Part shown: positions 41,360-55,604 of the stretch, piece after piece
Layout of the letters: each line of letters begins with the position of its first letter
How positions within the stretch are numbered: position 1 is the first letter of the stretch
NCBI GenBank assembly: GCA_951406725.2
Contig: OX597827.1
Coordinates: 1,488,001 to 1,552,000, forward strand
From: Octopus vulgaris
Lineage: Eukaryota
DNA length: 64,000 nucleotides
Direction: 5' to 3'
The notes under the pieces: generated by a model
Database searches by the model: none
Seen by the model: the letters and a program-made list of their open reading frames with translations, nothing else
What the model was told of the DNA's origin: nothing
Made by a program: the position numbers and the translations under genes

Positions 41360-41720
41360 CAATGCTAGATTAACCGTTAAGCAAAATAAGCAGGCATTTC
41401 GGGTGTCAAAGGAAGTGGGGCACCACAGAAATAGTAAATGGTCTACAGCACTAAAGAAATCACTTTAAACTTGCCAGAATGATATTTGAGATGCCTTATC
41501 TCTACTAAGTATAAGAAGCAGAAGTGTTATGTAAGATTAATTTTGGGGATCTGATCAAAGACTTTGGAATTAAAAAAAGGGAGGAGCAAACTTATCACAT
41601 TTAAATAAAGTGGAAGTATACGAAAATAAAACATTATTTTTCATTTTATGGTGAGTTTTGTTTCATTTTGAAAGATAAAATTTTGTTTTGTGGTTTGTTA
41701 TTGTTTATATTTTGAATTTC
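41360..41720 (+). mobile_element. hAT transposon deletion derivative
   Basis: Left end caatgctagattaacc..ggggcacc; 41490-41590 reads ALSLLSI/EAEVLCKINFGDLIKDFGIKKGR, like the end of the hAT dimerisation domain. Confidence 0.6.
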
Positions 41721-41729
41721 AGAACAGAA

Positions 41730-41905
41730 ATAGCGCAGTTTAATTTTCATTCGCCTAAACTTTAATTGACCCACTTTTGGTGGTTCTATGACTGGTTGGC
41801 TAGGAGGAGATGTGCCGGGAAGTTAAACACACAGACACACACACAGACACACACACAGACACACACACAGACACACAAGTTGAGTTTTATATATATATAT
41901 ATAGA
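41730..41905 (-). mobile_element. Helitron-like 5' fragment
   Basis: Minus strand TCtatatatatatatataaaa followed by a (gtctgtgtgt)n-type tract, the same architecture as the 13961 element; 3' CTAG not found. Confidence 0.45.
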
Positions 41906-42169
41906 TATATATATGAGTAAGAGGTTAGACAACCGTCTAAAGGATAATAAATATCAAATATATTACTGGAGGGATACCTATTTATATTCAAATGCTTAGT
42001 GTTACAAGGCAATAGTACAATTAAATGATAGGTACAAGTGGAAGTGAAGAAAAGTTTATCCAGAATTTATAAGGAAAGGAAGAAAATAGGAAAGAGATTC
42101 AGTTGATAAACATGAGTAAGATTTCTTTATTATAATCATAAGAATAGATAAATAAATAAATACAACTCC

Positions 42170-42258
42170 ACTCTTACAATTGTTTCTATTTTGGGGCTCC
42201 AGTTTGCTACAGTTGACATCTCATACAAAAGAGGAACTCCAAAGCTTCACCAGAGAGT
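42170..42258 (-). ncRNA. Type I hammerhead ribozyme motif (core variant CUGGUGA), extended helix II
   Basis: actct-CTGGTGA-agc-tttggagttcc...ggagccccaaa-ata-GAAAC-aatt-GTA-agagt: 5-bp helix I, palindromic helix III. Confidence 0.65.
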
Positions 42259-42466
42259 CAGTAAGTCTATAATGGTAAGGATACAAAGTAAAAAGTTAAA
42301 AAGTGAAGTCCAAGGCTATATTCAGAAGTTGTGAGATCACATCTTTAGTAATATTATATGAGTTTTTACTGGTATAATGAATAAATTATATATATATATA
42401 TGTATGTATGTATATATGTATATATGTATGTATATATGTATATATGTATGTATATATGTATGTATG

Positions 42467-42500
<34 letters not shown>

Positions 42501-42777
42501 TGTATGTATGTATGTACAATCACAATGTATTTTGCAAGTGGTTGCTATCAATAGTAAAGACAAGCATAATGATTATGGGTTGTTACAAACCACAGTGTCT
42601 ATTCTAACTTTTTTTCTTTTAATCTAGCCTGCTTGTTTGATATATATTTCAATAATTCGTTTATGTACAAGTTTGGCAACAGTCTCAACTTGACAAATTT
42701 ATGTTGCAACAGATATTGTAGTGTTTTGGGAACTGAGGATATAGAATATGATATAAAAAAAATTGGTGACTAAATAC

Positions 42778-42999
42778 CAACAGACATTGATTCTGGCCGT
42801 TTGTCATGACATTTATTGCAGTTTGTATTTTGGAAGAGTCATATTTGACATTATTAAACACAGGCACTGATTGTGAATTGTTCAAAGAATCATTGACTGC
42901 ATTCACTATTTTCTCCCCAGACCTGGCAACAAACTGAAATGCCATGGTGTTTTGTCTGACCCACAAACTATTTATGATTGTAGATGCAAAGTCGTCTTC
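42778..42999 (-). CDS. Putative coding exon (222 nt, phase 0/0)
   Basis: ttgttAG| start with an in-frame stop exactly at the acceptor. Open frame EDDFASTIINSLWVRQNTMAFQFVARSGEKIVNAVNDSLNNSQSVPVFNNVKYDSSKIQTAINVMTNGQNQCLL. Donor ttg|GTATTT is weak. Confidence 0.4.
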
Positions 43000-43150
43000 C
43001 TAACAACACGACCATGGGTGTGTTAATAAGTGTGTTTATGTGTGTCTGTCTGTCTGTGTCTGTATGTGTGTATATATAAATATGTGTGTGTGTTTGTGTG
43101 TATATGTATACACACATACACATGTGCACATATGGCAATATCTATATAAG

Positions 43151-43365
43151 TACAATAATCCCTCGTCATATTGCGGTTCACCTATTGCGGTTCACCTTAT
43201 CACCATTTACTATTTCTGCTTACGTTGATTCCTCTGTGGTGTTGTTTTACATTTATAATAAAATAAATATATACAAATTATAAAAATAATTTAAAAAAAT
43301 ATACAGTAAAAAACTCTTACTTCGTTGTGGATTTTCACCTATCGTAAGTTGTTTTGGAACTCTCA
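43151..43365 (+). mobile_element. Tigger/pogo-like MITE, partial
   Basis: TA|caataatccctcg..attgcggttcac start with internal inverted/direct subrepeats; right TIR missing. Confidence 0.5.
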
Positions 43366-43398
43366 TAACTCTTGGCTTTTATGGCTCATACACAAACA

Positions 43399-43444
<46 letters not shown>

Positions 43445-43670
43445 TTTATTCTTTTACACTTTCAGTCATTTGACGGCGACCATGCTGAAGCACCATCATA
43501 AAGGGTTTCCATCAAAGAAATCAACCTCAGGACTTATTCTTTGTAAGCCTAGTACTTATTCTATCAGTTACTTTTGCCAAACTGCTAAGTTACAAGCACA
43601 TAAAAATACCAACTGTGGTTGGTCAAGCGATTGTGAGGGGACAAACACAGATACAAAGACACACACATAA

Positions 43671-43736
<66 letters not shown>

Positions 43737-43894
43737 TAGGGCTTTGATTGGCCTGAGGCTAAAGTAGAAGATGCTTACCCAAGGTTCCATGATATTTTAT
43801 AAGTTTAAAGCTTAAAAGAGATCATGGTGTATTGACTAAAGAAAATAGTCTAATATTGGTGCATAAAAGCCCTCAATGGAAAAAAGTGGGCTTT

Positions 43895-43966
43895 CTATAT
43901 GCATGGGACTTGAACCCACACCTCTATATATTCGCGATAAGTATGCTACCATTACATCAACATATA
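43895..43966 (-). pseudogene. tRNA-like cloverleaf with downstream T6
   Basis: 7-bp acceptor tatatgt/gcatata, D stem atgt/gcat, T arm gtggg-ttcaagt-cccat; anticodon arm weak and position 33 is G. TTTTTT lies about 10 nt downstream (43880-43885). Confidence 0.6.
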
Positions 43967-44220
43967 CTTATATAAATATAAATATATATATATACATACA
44001 TACATACATATATATATATATAACGGGAAGCTTTATGAAAATAGACAAAAGACGAAGGCAGGTGGGAAACAAACAAACAATTGTATTAGTATGGCGCTCA
44101 GGAAATTATACACATATATGTATGTATACATATACATACATATATATATATACATATATATACACATATATATATATGCACACACACACATATATTTATA
44201 TATATATATATATGTATGTA

Positions 44221-44545
44221 TATCAGTTGATTAAAGTTAAAACATGGTCTGGTTTACACGTTTTTTATTATGTTATTTTAACATTAAAAATTATTTTGTA
44301 ATGTTCATAAATTTCAATTAGCCCCTTCATACATTCGTAGTAATCATCAGAGCATTCTAAGAGGTACTACAAGTGTCAAGAACTCAACTGTCAGTTAAAT
44401 ACATTTTGAAATCTGATGATTACTATGAACGTACGAAAGTGCTAATTGAACTTTATGAACAGTTCAAAATATTTTTTTAATGTCTAACTACCATAATAAA
44501 AAAATGTGAAATCCAGACCATGTTTTAACTTTAATCAACTGATAT
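44221..44545. mobile_element. Palindromic PLE-like element with hammerhead motifs in both arms
   Basis: Arms 44221-44351 and 44412-44545 are reverse complements. Plus: aat-CTGATGA-ttac..gtac-GAAAG-tg-CTA-att (44410-44447). The minus copy has GAAG instead of GAAA. Confidence 0.75.
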
Positions 44546-44628
44546 ATTATTTTATACACATTCATACAAATTCAGAAAAAAAAATATACACATACACACA
44601 CACACACAAACACACACGCACACACACA

Positions 44629-44661
<33 letters not shown>

Positions 44662-45795
44662 ATGTATAGGCAAATCAATAACAAATGACATTTCTAGACT
44701 TCTCTCTGAAAATCTGATGATTGATAAGTTATGCCTGAAACATATCTTTATTCGTAACTTTCTCTTTACATCTTTTTTATAGGCACAGGAGTGGCTGTGT
44801 GGTAAGTAGCTTGCTTACCAACCACATGGTTCCGAGTTCAGTCCCACTGTGTGGCACCTTGGGCAAGTGTCTTCTACTATAGCCTCAGACTGACCAAAGA
44901 GTTGTGAGTGGATTTGGTAGACAGAAACTGAAAGAAGCCCGTCCTATATATGTATATATACATATATATATATATGTATGTATGTGTGAATATATGTTGT
45001 GTATCTGTAGTTGTTCCCCCATCATTGCTTGACGACCGATAGTGGTGCATTTATGTCCCTGTAACTTAGCAGTACGGCAAAAGAGGCCGATAAAATAAGT
45101 ACTAGGCTTACAAAGAATAAGTCCTGGGGTCGATTTGATTTGACTAAAGGCGGTGCTCCAGCATGGCCACAGTCAAAGGACTGCAATAAGTAAAAGAATA
45201 AAAGAAAAAGAGTGGAAAAGTAACAGAATTCACTGTGAATGCTCTTTGGACTCCTGTTGTTTTGTGTTTGAATTTGTTGTTCATTATCAATTTGCCTATT
45301 ATTGCATGCTCATAGAGATCTTCCATGTCTTTCCAACTAATAATTTGGATTACTAATTCTTTAGGATTGTCTTTCGATGTGGATTACCTTCCCAGATTAT
45401 GTTACACCATTGAATTTTCTTTCAGAGTATGTTGATTCTTCTTCCTTCCATCGTATCTATATCTATCTGTCTGCCTTGGTTTTCGTGCCGGTGGCACATA
45501 AAAAGCACCAACCGATTGTGGTCATTGCCAGCCTTGCCTGGCATGTAAAAAGCCCCCACTACACTCACGGAGTGGTTGGCGTTTGGAAGGTCATCCAGCT
45601 GTAGAAACACTGCCAAATCAGATTGGAGGCTGGGGCAGCATTCTGGCTTCCCAGACCCTGGTTGAACCGTCCAACCCATGCTAGCATGGAAAACGGACGT
45701 TATATGATGATGATGATGATGATAATGATGATGTACAGGTATGGTGATGCACACATGAAAAATAGAACTGAAAATATGAGTATATGTATAGTTTC

Positions 45796-45922
45796 ATTAA
45801 TATTTGGCAGAAACAACAGAGTGACTCAATGTCCGAGGTTTCATGTATTTGTACTTATCAAAGTGCCAAATTACAAAACTCTTAATCCCTGAATCTCTCT
45901 GTTGCTTCTGCTAAATATTAAT
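45796..45922. repeat. About 127-bp imperfect palindrome, possible decayed PLE end
   Basis: attaatatttggcagaaacaacagagtgactca pairs with tgaatctctctgttgcttctgctaaatattaat. Confidence 0.7.
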
Positions 45923-46201
45923 AAATACATACATATATATATATATATATATACATATGTACATGTGTGTGTGAGTTTGTGTACACAAAGCAAGAGACTT
46001 GTTGAAATAAAAAAAAACCTTTTATAATTCTCAAATATGAACTACTACCTAACAAGGTCACACGCTCCATGTACCAATGGTGGATCTATCATCTATGATA
46101 AGGGAGGTAATTGTTCTTGTTCACAACAAAGTGCTCCATTTGCAGCCTCTATGGATGGGGCTTACCTTATATATGTATACATACATATATACATATATAT
46201 A

Positions 46202-46238
<37 letters not shown>

Positions 46239-46242
<4 letters not shown>

Positions 46243-46758
46243 TAACAGAATGAGATAAAAATCCAAGACTGTGAAAGATTTCAGAACATTTATAAAGAGA
46301 AGGTCTTACAGATGTTTCCGGGATATTTTTTATATCCCTTCATTGGAGACGGTGTGAGAAAATGGTTAAGAAATAGTTATTATTAGAGAAGATATGAAAT
46401 AGAGGGTGAAGTGGAGGAATGAAAACAGACGTGAGATATGCAGGGACATTGTAATTGCAGTTCCATTATTGAAGCAGAATGGTATACATATAAGTTCCCT
46501 GTACCTATATGGATACCATTCTGCTTCACTAATGGAACTGCAGATGCAATATCCCTGGATATCTCACGTCTGTTTTCATTCCTCCACTTCACTCTCTATT
46601 TCATATCTTCTCTAATAATAACTATTGCTTCATGATATTCTCGCACTGTCTCCGATGAAGGGATTTATAAAATATCCTGGAAATAGCTATAAGATCTTCT
46701 ATTTATGAATGTTCTGAAATCTTTCTCAGTTTTGGATTTTTATCTCATTCTGTTAATT
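46239..46758. mobile_element. 520-bp palindromic PLE-like element, hammerhead motif in each arm
   Basis: Arms 46239-46494 and 46505-46758 with a ~10-nt spacer. Plus: gtct-CCGATGA-agggat..atcctg-GAAAT-agct-ATA-aga (46648-46695). Minus: gtct-CCAATGA-agggata..tatcccg-GAAAC-atct-GTA-agac (46303-46350). Confidence 0.85.
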
Positions 46759-47281
46759 TTTTTATATATACGCATGCTGATATATGACCTACGTTGGACT
46801 CCTCATTCGCATAATCACCAAACCTGGAGCTTAACTATAGTCTGTCCATAGCACACTTACTCAGCATTACCTGACACCTTTGGGTCTTCTTGACACCATT
46901 ACCTCTCTCTTTCTCTTTATATATATATATATTCACCCCCACCCACCTGATTTTATCATATCTAATGCGCCTACCCACTACTTGTAGTTAAAAACTTAAC
47001 AGATGATTGCTGTAAGAACTTGAATCAGAAATTCAGAATCTTAAGCAATTTGTCTCTTCAAAGACACACAAACAAATCCACCCCTTCATTTGGCACAGGA
47101 TACAGAGGTAAATACCCACAACACCCTGCTACATCACACCACGTTACACCATACCTATCTTCTAAGCAGGCAGAACATAGAAGCCATTCCCTCTCTCCCT
47201 GTCCTTCTCTCTCTTCTCTCTTTCTCTTTCTCTCTTTCTTTCTCTCTGCACACACACACACTCACACATACACATATATAT

Positions 47282-47348
<67 letters not shown>

Positions 47349-47381
47349 TATAAGTATATATATGTACATATATATATATAA

Positions 47382-47432
<51 letters not shown>

Positions 47433-48439
47433 TATATTTATATATATATGCATACATATGTATGTATACACACACATACATCTTTCTCTATTCTTCTTCT
47501 TCTTCTTCTTCTTCTTCTTCTTCTTCTTCTCTTTCTTTCCTCCTCTACCCTACCCACACACCTGCTAAGCTTCACTTTCAAGCACAACAACTTTAAATCC
47601 ACCAAGATACCAGATTAATTAGAATTCCTCATCGGATTAATGACATTATCAAGTCCACTAATCAACGCTAATACATCAAAGTTTACATAGTAATACAATG
47701 ATACAAGATTAACTTTATTGTTAGACATGACACAATCAAAGGAACGAGTATCTAGATGATGCTTGGACTGCCAGAAATAGCAACCAAATCTCCTTCATAT
47801 CACATTCTACTGCCTTGTAAAAGGAAAGAAAATAACTCACTGAGATGGTCATGGTGGGGAGGTCTCCAATCATAAGTCTGTCCTATTATCAGGGCCGATC
47901 TAGTGCTAAACAGTAACAAGAGTGGAGCCTTTAAGTGATTGCTTGATGTACTAGAAATAGCACCCCCAAAGCCCCCAAATAATGCTTTGCTTGGTAGAAA
48001 TGCCTTTATCTCATAGATTGGTTCAATCTCAAAGCTGACCTAGGGCTGCAATAAGAACAACAACAATAGCAAGTTATGATAAATGTAACACTTTACTCAT
48101 ACGTGAATGCTCAAGCTGGTTGGTAAACACCTTGGGCGGAATATCAGATGTTTTGGCAAAGCTTTTTTCATGCTGCCTATTTGGCATTATTTGTCATCAG
48201 ACATTTTAATGTTTCTCTTGTTCTCTCCTTCCTTCCTTCTCTTCTTTTACACTCTTTCTTTTCCTCTCTCTCTCAGTTCATGTGTGGGAGCATATTTCAC
48301 TTTATGTGTCTGAGGAGAGGGAAAATGTTTATGTTGTGTTCAATGAATAAATATAATGTCTCTGATTCTTTCTCTCTCTCTTTTTTTCTCTCCCTCTATC
48401 TGTATGCATATATTACTGTCTTCTCTTCCTCCTCTTCAC

Positions 48440-48479
<40 letters not shown>

Positions 48480-49608
48480 CATCTGTTTTCCATGTTGACG
48501 TGGATTGAATGGTTTGACAGGGGCTAGCCAACTGAAGAGCTGCATGAAATCCATCATCTGTTTCGACATGGTTTCCACGGCTGGATGTCCTTCCCAATGC
48601 CAACCATATTCCACAGTGTACTGGGTGCTTTTCATGTGGAATTGGCATGGGTACTTTCATGTGGCACCAACATGAGTGCTTTTAACGTGGCACAAGTACC
48701 CACAAGCCTACAAGATCAGGACCACCCAGCTGGAGAGATGTAGGGGGCATTCCTGTATGCAGAGACAGCCATGATTTTATATAACTTGACCTGTTCTCTC
48801 AAGCACAGCAAACCCTCAGAAGCCTCAGTCCCTTTTCATCCACTCCATGTGACCCAATGTTTGAAGATCCTTTCTCACCACTTCATCCTATTTGCATGTA
48901 TAAATGTATGTTTGCCTCTAACACCAAAAAAAAAAAAAAATACTGTTTCCAAAACAGGTAGAATGTTCAATCAGCCATATCAAATCACAAGCATCCAATA
49001 AAGCCATTTCTATAATCTCATTTTGCTTCACGGTTGCTAAGTTTACAGTATAGGTTCAATTCGCAGTTGAGCACCTTTGCTTTCGTTTACTACTTTCAGT
49101 TGGTAAATTTATCTGACTGGAACAATTCTAAAGGGGATAAGACTAAACATGGCAAAGTGTCATGGTTCTTACATTGTTAGTCTGTCATAATCATTCCTTC
49201 TAAAAGTTATAAACACTTGTGCCGGTGGCACGTAAAAAGTACCATTCGAGCATGATTGTTACCAGAGTCGCCTTACTGGCACTTGTGCTGGTGTGCAGGT
49301 GACATGTAAAAAAAAAACATGATTTTTCCATGGCCATTGCCATTACTGCCTGACTGGCCCTCATGCCGGTGGCATGTAAAAGTACCCACTACATTCTTCA
49401 AGTCGTTGGTGTTAGGAAGGGCATCCAGCTGTAGAAACTCTGCCAGATGAGATTGGAGCCTGGTGCAGCCATCTGGTTCACCAGTCCTCAGTCAAATCGT
49501 TCAACCCATGTTAGCATGGAAAGCGGACATTAAACGATGATGATGATGATGATGATTCAATCAATACAAGTTGTTTAAGGACATGGTTAGAAGCATACTT
49601 TTATAAAA

Positions 49609-49711
49609 CAGGTACCCAACCTCTTATCTGGAAAATTCAGAAATCCGGAAAAGTCCAATAATCCGGACCACCTCTGTTCCCAAGGTTGTCGGATAAGAGG
49701 TTCAATACCTG
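49609..49711. mobile_element. Tigger-type (MER46-like) MITE
   Basis: caggta..aacctcttatctg / cggataagaggtt..tacctg|TA inverted ends. Confidence 0.7.
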
Positions 49712-49841
49712 TATAAAATTAATACTTGTGCTGCATAGGATGTTACATAACATTACTCAGTGACTAACTTCCACATTTATACCAATAGTCAATCATTCAC
49801 ACTGACAATTTTAAATACATAAATGCACACACACACACACA

Positions 49842-49884
<43 letters not shown>

Positions 49885-50191
49885 GCCTGGGTCACTTATT
49901 TCTTTGCCTATACTTAATGTAATTCTAACTTGCAATCCTGATTGTTCAGTTTCTTAATCCTGAATATTTCCACCTCTCTCCCAGTGTACATCCCTGTAAC
50001 TTAGCCGTTGGGCAATGGAGACCAATAGAATAAGTACCAGGTTTTTAAAAAAAAAGTACTGGTATCGATTCATTTGACTAAGAATTCTTCAAGGCAGTTC
50101 TCCAGCATGGCTGTAGTCTAATGACTGAAGCAAGTAAAAGATGTATGTATATATGTATATGTATGTATATATTGATATATATGTGTACATG

Positions 50192-50223
<32 letters not shown>

Positions 50224-50382
50224 ACGCACATGTGAGTGTGTATGTGCATGTGTCTTTGTGTTTGTGTATATGTATGCATATGTGTATGCTTATCTATACG
50301 AAGGGTTAAGTTATAACATCAAATTTGTTTCAGACTCACCCCAAAACCAGAAGAAATACATTCTTATATATACATATACATA

Positions 50383-50420
<38 letters not shown>

Positions 50421-50562
50421 AATACACACACACACATACACACACACATATACATATACATATATGTGTATATATATATACACATATATATATGTGTGTG
50501 TATATATATATATATATATATGTACATATATATATGTATTTATATGTGTATATATATGTATA

Positions 50563-50677
<115 letters not shown>

Positions 50678-51535
50678 ATGTATATATATCTGCAGGAGGC
50701 GCTTGTTCTGTAGAGACATTAATATATCGAACAGTTGAAGTGAACACGAAGACAATCTATCATTGGCATGTTGGCATGTAATTATCTTTTGCATATTCAT
50801 GTGGTTTACAGAGTGGAAACTCTTGTCTTTTTCCATTCTTGTCCAGCAATTAAAGCTTCCTTTTTGCTTCCTTCATCTTTTAATTCTTTATTTTTCTTCT
50901 TCACACTATTTATTTTGTCTATGCCAGAATAGATAGATAGATAAGATAGCTTTTGCCAATTTAGACAATATGCATGTTGTTGGAACAGTTGGTTTTTTCA
51001 CAGGCAGATGCTCCTGCAAGTCAACCATGAAGTAGGAGTGGAACAAGATTACCAGTTAGACAAAAACTGATATAGAGACAAATGCGCTGAGTGGATACTA
51101 CCTTCCCCCAGGGGTGCAATGCAATAACTCTGATAATGAAATGTTATGTGCGTATGTATGTTTGTATATATGTGTATGTGCTTGCATATGTATAGATACA
51201 TACACACACATACACACACACACACACACATATATACATATATAAGCATGGCAGGAGGATGTTAAATGATGATGCTGTTGATATGTGTGTGTGTGTGAAC
51301 ATCTTATCTATATATATATACATATATGCATGCATTTACACTCACATACATATGTACACATATGTACAAATGCACACCCACACAAATAGCAAGAGAAATT
51401 TATATATATATATATATACATATATATACACACATATATATTAAAAGTTTAAAGTCTTTGACTATTCACAGGGTGGGTGTGAGTGCATTAAATCCCTGGG
51501 AAATGTACATAATTCTCTGCACGATAGTGTATGCA

Positions 51536-51569
<34 letters not shown>

Positions 51570-51570
<1 letters not shown>

Positions 51571-52890
51571 TCCTGGTCTTAAAAAAGGGAAACAAGCCCC
51601 TTACAGTTCCCTATTGCCCAATCTCACTCACCTCTTATATCATCAAAGTGTTTGAAAGGGTCTGTGAGATCAAGGGTAACTGGCTTCCTGAAGAACTACA
51701 ACCTTCTAAATCCCAACCAGCATAACTTTCAATGCAGCAGGGACTGCCTAACACTGCTTTTGCATCATATCAATGATGTCCTTAAAGTTTGGGGGTTAGG
51801 TTTGAACTCTGATGTCATAGATCTTGACTTCAGCAAAGCATTCAACAAAGTCAACCACAATATCTTTCTGCCAAAGTTGTCAAATATTAGAATCTGTGGT
51901 AAACAGCTGCACTGGATTAAGTATTTCCTGGTGAACAGAACACAATATGTGCTTTGTAGTATTCACTCAAGCCCAGCAAGAGTCACCAGTGGTGTACCCG
52001 ACCAGGGGACTGTTTTGGGCCCACTTCTCTTTATAATCTATATAAACAAATATTCGCAAATGATTCCAAGCTCCAGAAAATTATCAGTGTAGAAGACCGA
52101 ACTGAACTCCAGTCTAATTTATATTCTGTAAGCCAACGAGTGGACAAAACCATGTTGCTAAATAAGAGAAAATTCAAATTCATGAACTTTGGGAAAAAGC
52201 ATGTGCTCAAGAAATCATGTTCTCTTCTTCAGGGGAACTACTCACAGCATCCAATCTTGGCTGTAGTGCTCACATTAACAATAAAGTCGATCCTTAGAAC
52301 TTTCTGGTCCAGAGAACAACATGCCATCATTCCCCTCTTCTTCTCCTTTGTATGATCAAACATATATACTGCTGTCCCATTTGGTCTCCCACACCAGACA
52401 AAACATGACGAGAACTGAGTACCCCTAGAGAGCATTCACTAAAAGAATAAAAGGCCGGACAGATCTAGATTATTGGAACTGCTTTAAAACATTGAATCTT
52501 TGTTTTCTCCAGCACCATGGTGTCTGCTGCATCATTTGATCTATGTGGAAAATATACCACTAGCATTGCCAAAATGACCTTAACATCAGAATCAGAATTC
52601 TTCCAATGCTGGGGTCATGTGACATATCCCCTATACAATTCAGGATCACAATGCATTAATTCACTGCAACTCAACTTCTTTTCCTCAACAGGCCCTGCTT
52701 TATTTAACATCATCCCAAAACAATTCACAGAAGAAAGAGATCCAGTCACCTTCAAATGAAACTTGGACACATTCCTTCAAGGGACACCAGATAAGTCACC
52801 CATATTTGGACACATTTCAGTCAACAACAACTCCTTACTTTAATGGACAATGATACCACAAAACTTGTCTTTAAAATGACTTAAGAGATC
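51570..52890 (+). mobile_element. CR1-clade LINE, degenerate RT and 3' region
   Basis: PISLTSYIIKVFER, LLNPNQHNF, DVIDLDFSKAFNKVNH, SGVP(D)QGTVLGPLLFIIYIN; many frameshifts and stops. Confidence 0.9.
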
Positions 52891-54194
52891 CTACCATCTT
52901 TATTTTTAAAGTCTGGTACATATTCTATCGACCACTTATGCCAAACCTATAAGTTACAAGGATGTAACCAAACAAACAGCAGTTTTCAGGTGGTGTAGGT
53001 GGGCAAACACAAACACATGTATACATACATACGAACACACTTACACAGACACATAGACACACATGCACACACACATAGACACACATACACACACACGCAC
53101 ACACACACACACATGATGCATTCAGCAAAATTTCTGTCTATCAAATTCATTCACCAAGCACTGGTCAGCCTGGGACTACAGTAGCAAATACTTGTCCAAT
53201 ATGCTATGCTGAACCAAAAAGCACATTGTTCAAAGTCAGCTTCTTAACCACACAGCAATGCCAGTGTACAAAACAGCCCCACAATGCTGGTGCCACAACA
53301 AAATCTACCCAGTTCACGGTAAAGTAATTTGTGGACAAATAGATATAACATGGTGTTGAGACAACTCTTTTGTCTTGGCGAGGACATGACAACTCCTCTA
53401 ATGCTGACACCATGATAAAATGCCATCAGTAAATTCTGTAAAGGGGTTGGTATTACGAAGGGCATCAACTTGTGGAAACCATGCAAAAGGAAAAATAAGA
53501 AAATGCTATTGAAACATGAAACTCTCTAGATGGATGCACAACCTGAAATGTCTGGATTCATGAGGCTGGAATACTTCATTAGAGTGTCTGATTGGTCAGG
53601 GTTAATTTGGGGTTAAAGAGCAGCAGCAGCAACAGCAACAGTGATAATAACAACAACAATAACTAATGCATTTTATGGTATACACCAAGCTAGGCTGGCT
53701 TAACACAAAGTGAGTAAAATGTCTTCCCTTTGAACATGAAACTTGAGTTGCTGCCAAAAGCCATTTAAGTTACAGTATATAAAAAATTGCATATGAATAT
53801 GAATGCACACAAACACATATGCACTCATATATATATATATATATACTCACACACGTGTATGCACACAGGCATATATATACATGTATATATACAGACATAT
53901 ATACATATATATGTTTATATATACATACACACACAATATATATATATAAGAACACATTTACACACACTTGTAAATACATGCACAAAGTAGTATATCTAAA
54001 AATATACAAGATAAAAATACATGTGTGTGTGAGCATAAGTGTGTATAAATATATATATATATATACACACATATGTACACACACACAAAAACACACACAA
54101 GTGCACACACGCACATACACACACATATATATATATATATGCACACATATATTTATCATTATATAAGTAATCCATGGAAAGAGGATTACATAGG

Positions 54195-54360
<166 letters not shown>

Positions 54361-54757
54361 TGTCTGTGTGTCTGTGTGTCTCGTAGTAGTTTGGTTCCGA
54401 TTAGTGCTCCTTCTGCTACATGTCTCTTTGTAAGTTGTCAAAGACACAAACAGCTAAAACATAGCTTTATCCCCCCCTCCTCCTCCTCCCGCTTCATCTG
54501 CGCAAATTGAGAAGAGAAGACAAATCGAATAAAGCAAAAATTGATAAATTCAAAGATTCACGTGCACACACACACACACACACCCTCACACAACACATAC
54601 ACACATACACACGTACATGTATATACATATGTATGCATATATATATATGTATATATATATATCTAAGTATATATACATATATATACACACAAAAACACAC
54701 ATATACATGCACACACACACACATATATATATATTTACAGATATGTATATATATATC

Positions 54758-54788
<31 letters not shown>

Positions 54789-54831
54789 ATATATCATATA
54801 TGTGTATATATGTATATATATACATATATAC

Positions 54832-54866
<35 letters not shown>

Positions 54867-54964
54867 CATAGACACACACACATATACATATACGTACACA
54901 TGTATATATATATATATATATATATACATAGACACACACACACATATACATATACGTACACATG

Positions 54965-55024
<60 letters not shown>

Positions 55025-55256
55025 CACACATGTATATAACAATATATAACAAAATAAGCATGTACATAACAAGTAGCAAAGTAACAAAAGTAACAAGAGG
55101 TGGAATTGTGAAATAGTGAAAGATCTTTGATGGAAAGAGAAGTGTTAATTGAATGACAGAAAGGTGGCAGCTGAACATGTGAATATTTTGTAAGTACAGC
55201 TGAGCTGTGTTGACATGTACTTACAGCAGATATGCTGTAGAAGTGTGTATGCGTGC

Positions 55257-55287
<31 letters not shown>

Positions 55288-55545
55288 ACTGGAGAGGAAT
55301 GATTGATTGGAAGAGAGATAAAATGAGAGAGAGAGAGAGAAAGACCGACATTGATAATGACAGAAAATATAGAGAGATAATGTGTAGGAGTTTCGTTTCT
55401 GTCTGAGTGGTGTGAAAGAACAGTGTCAAAAGGTGAAAGGTTGGAAAATATAAATGTATGGGTGTATGTACGAATATATATATATATATATATATATATA
55501 TCTGTATATATGTATGTATATACATAAATACACACATATACATAC

Positions 55546-55604
<59 letters not shown>

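Noticed and set aside
46383-46615. Two similar 69-aa ORFs on opposite strands
   Set aside because: A direct consequence of the DNA palindrome; no recognisable protein.
50806-50918. Possible terminal exon [36 protein letters not shown] (minus)
   Set aside because: Short, weak acceptor, purine-rich composition; cannot be separated from chance.
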